This document shows, one piece after another, positions 46,131 through 46,215 of a stretch of DNA of 46,215 bases (position 1 is the first letter of the stretch; each line of letters begins with the position of its first letter). The notes below the pieces were generated by a model that was not told where the DNA came from, did no database searches, and was given only the letters and a program-made list of their open reading frames with translations. Both the position numbers and the translations under genes were made by a program. The DNA is from Choristocarpus tenellus KU-1152 (taxonomy: Eukaryota > Protista > Phaeophyceae), in NCBI GenBank assembly GCA_964200185.2, contig CAXNAD020000021.1, positions 1 to 46,215 on the forward strand, in the 5' to 3' direction.

Positions 46131-46215
46131 TGCACTTCATGCCTTTCTTGTTGGAATATATCAGGTGGTGAGCGATACTCATCCTGAAGAACCTTTCCAC
46201 AATTACTCTGGACAG

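Noticed and set aside
1-46215. tRNA, rRNA or snRNA genes; prokaryotic or viral operons
   Set aside because: None recognised by eye. tRNAscan-SE or Infernal would be needed to exclude small RNAs.

Overview
Intron-rich eukaryotic genomic DNA. A stramenopile, possibly a brown-alga-like ochrophyte, is inferred from a DYRKP kinase, an MGAGAS N-terminus and TTAGGG-like motifs; this is not proven. Three spliced genes could be built by hand. (1) A minus-strand cysteine-containing LRR (FBXL/AMN1-like) gene at 17360->168 that runs off the left edge and contains an ~9-kb GC-AG intron full of transposon debris. (2) A divergently transcribed two-exon gene for a small, probably N-myristoylated acidic protein (17617-18330). 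(3) A minus-strand DYRKP-type kinase gene of about 18 exons (36829->19390), with a second GC-AG intron in its activation segment. A ~255-265 bp TIR (MITE-like) family occurs in 7 full or partial copies, two with 4-bp target-site duplications. A related-TIR element with different internal sequence is also present. The rest is degenerate hAT-, LINE-, Copia- and chromodomain-like remnants, minisatellites and telomere-like repeats. CpG is depleted in the gene-body blocks I counted and retained at gene 5' ends. I found no intact novel enzyme system, RNA gene or CRISPR array. The best leads are the TIR family, the GC-AG introns and the CpG-island-like pattern.
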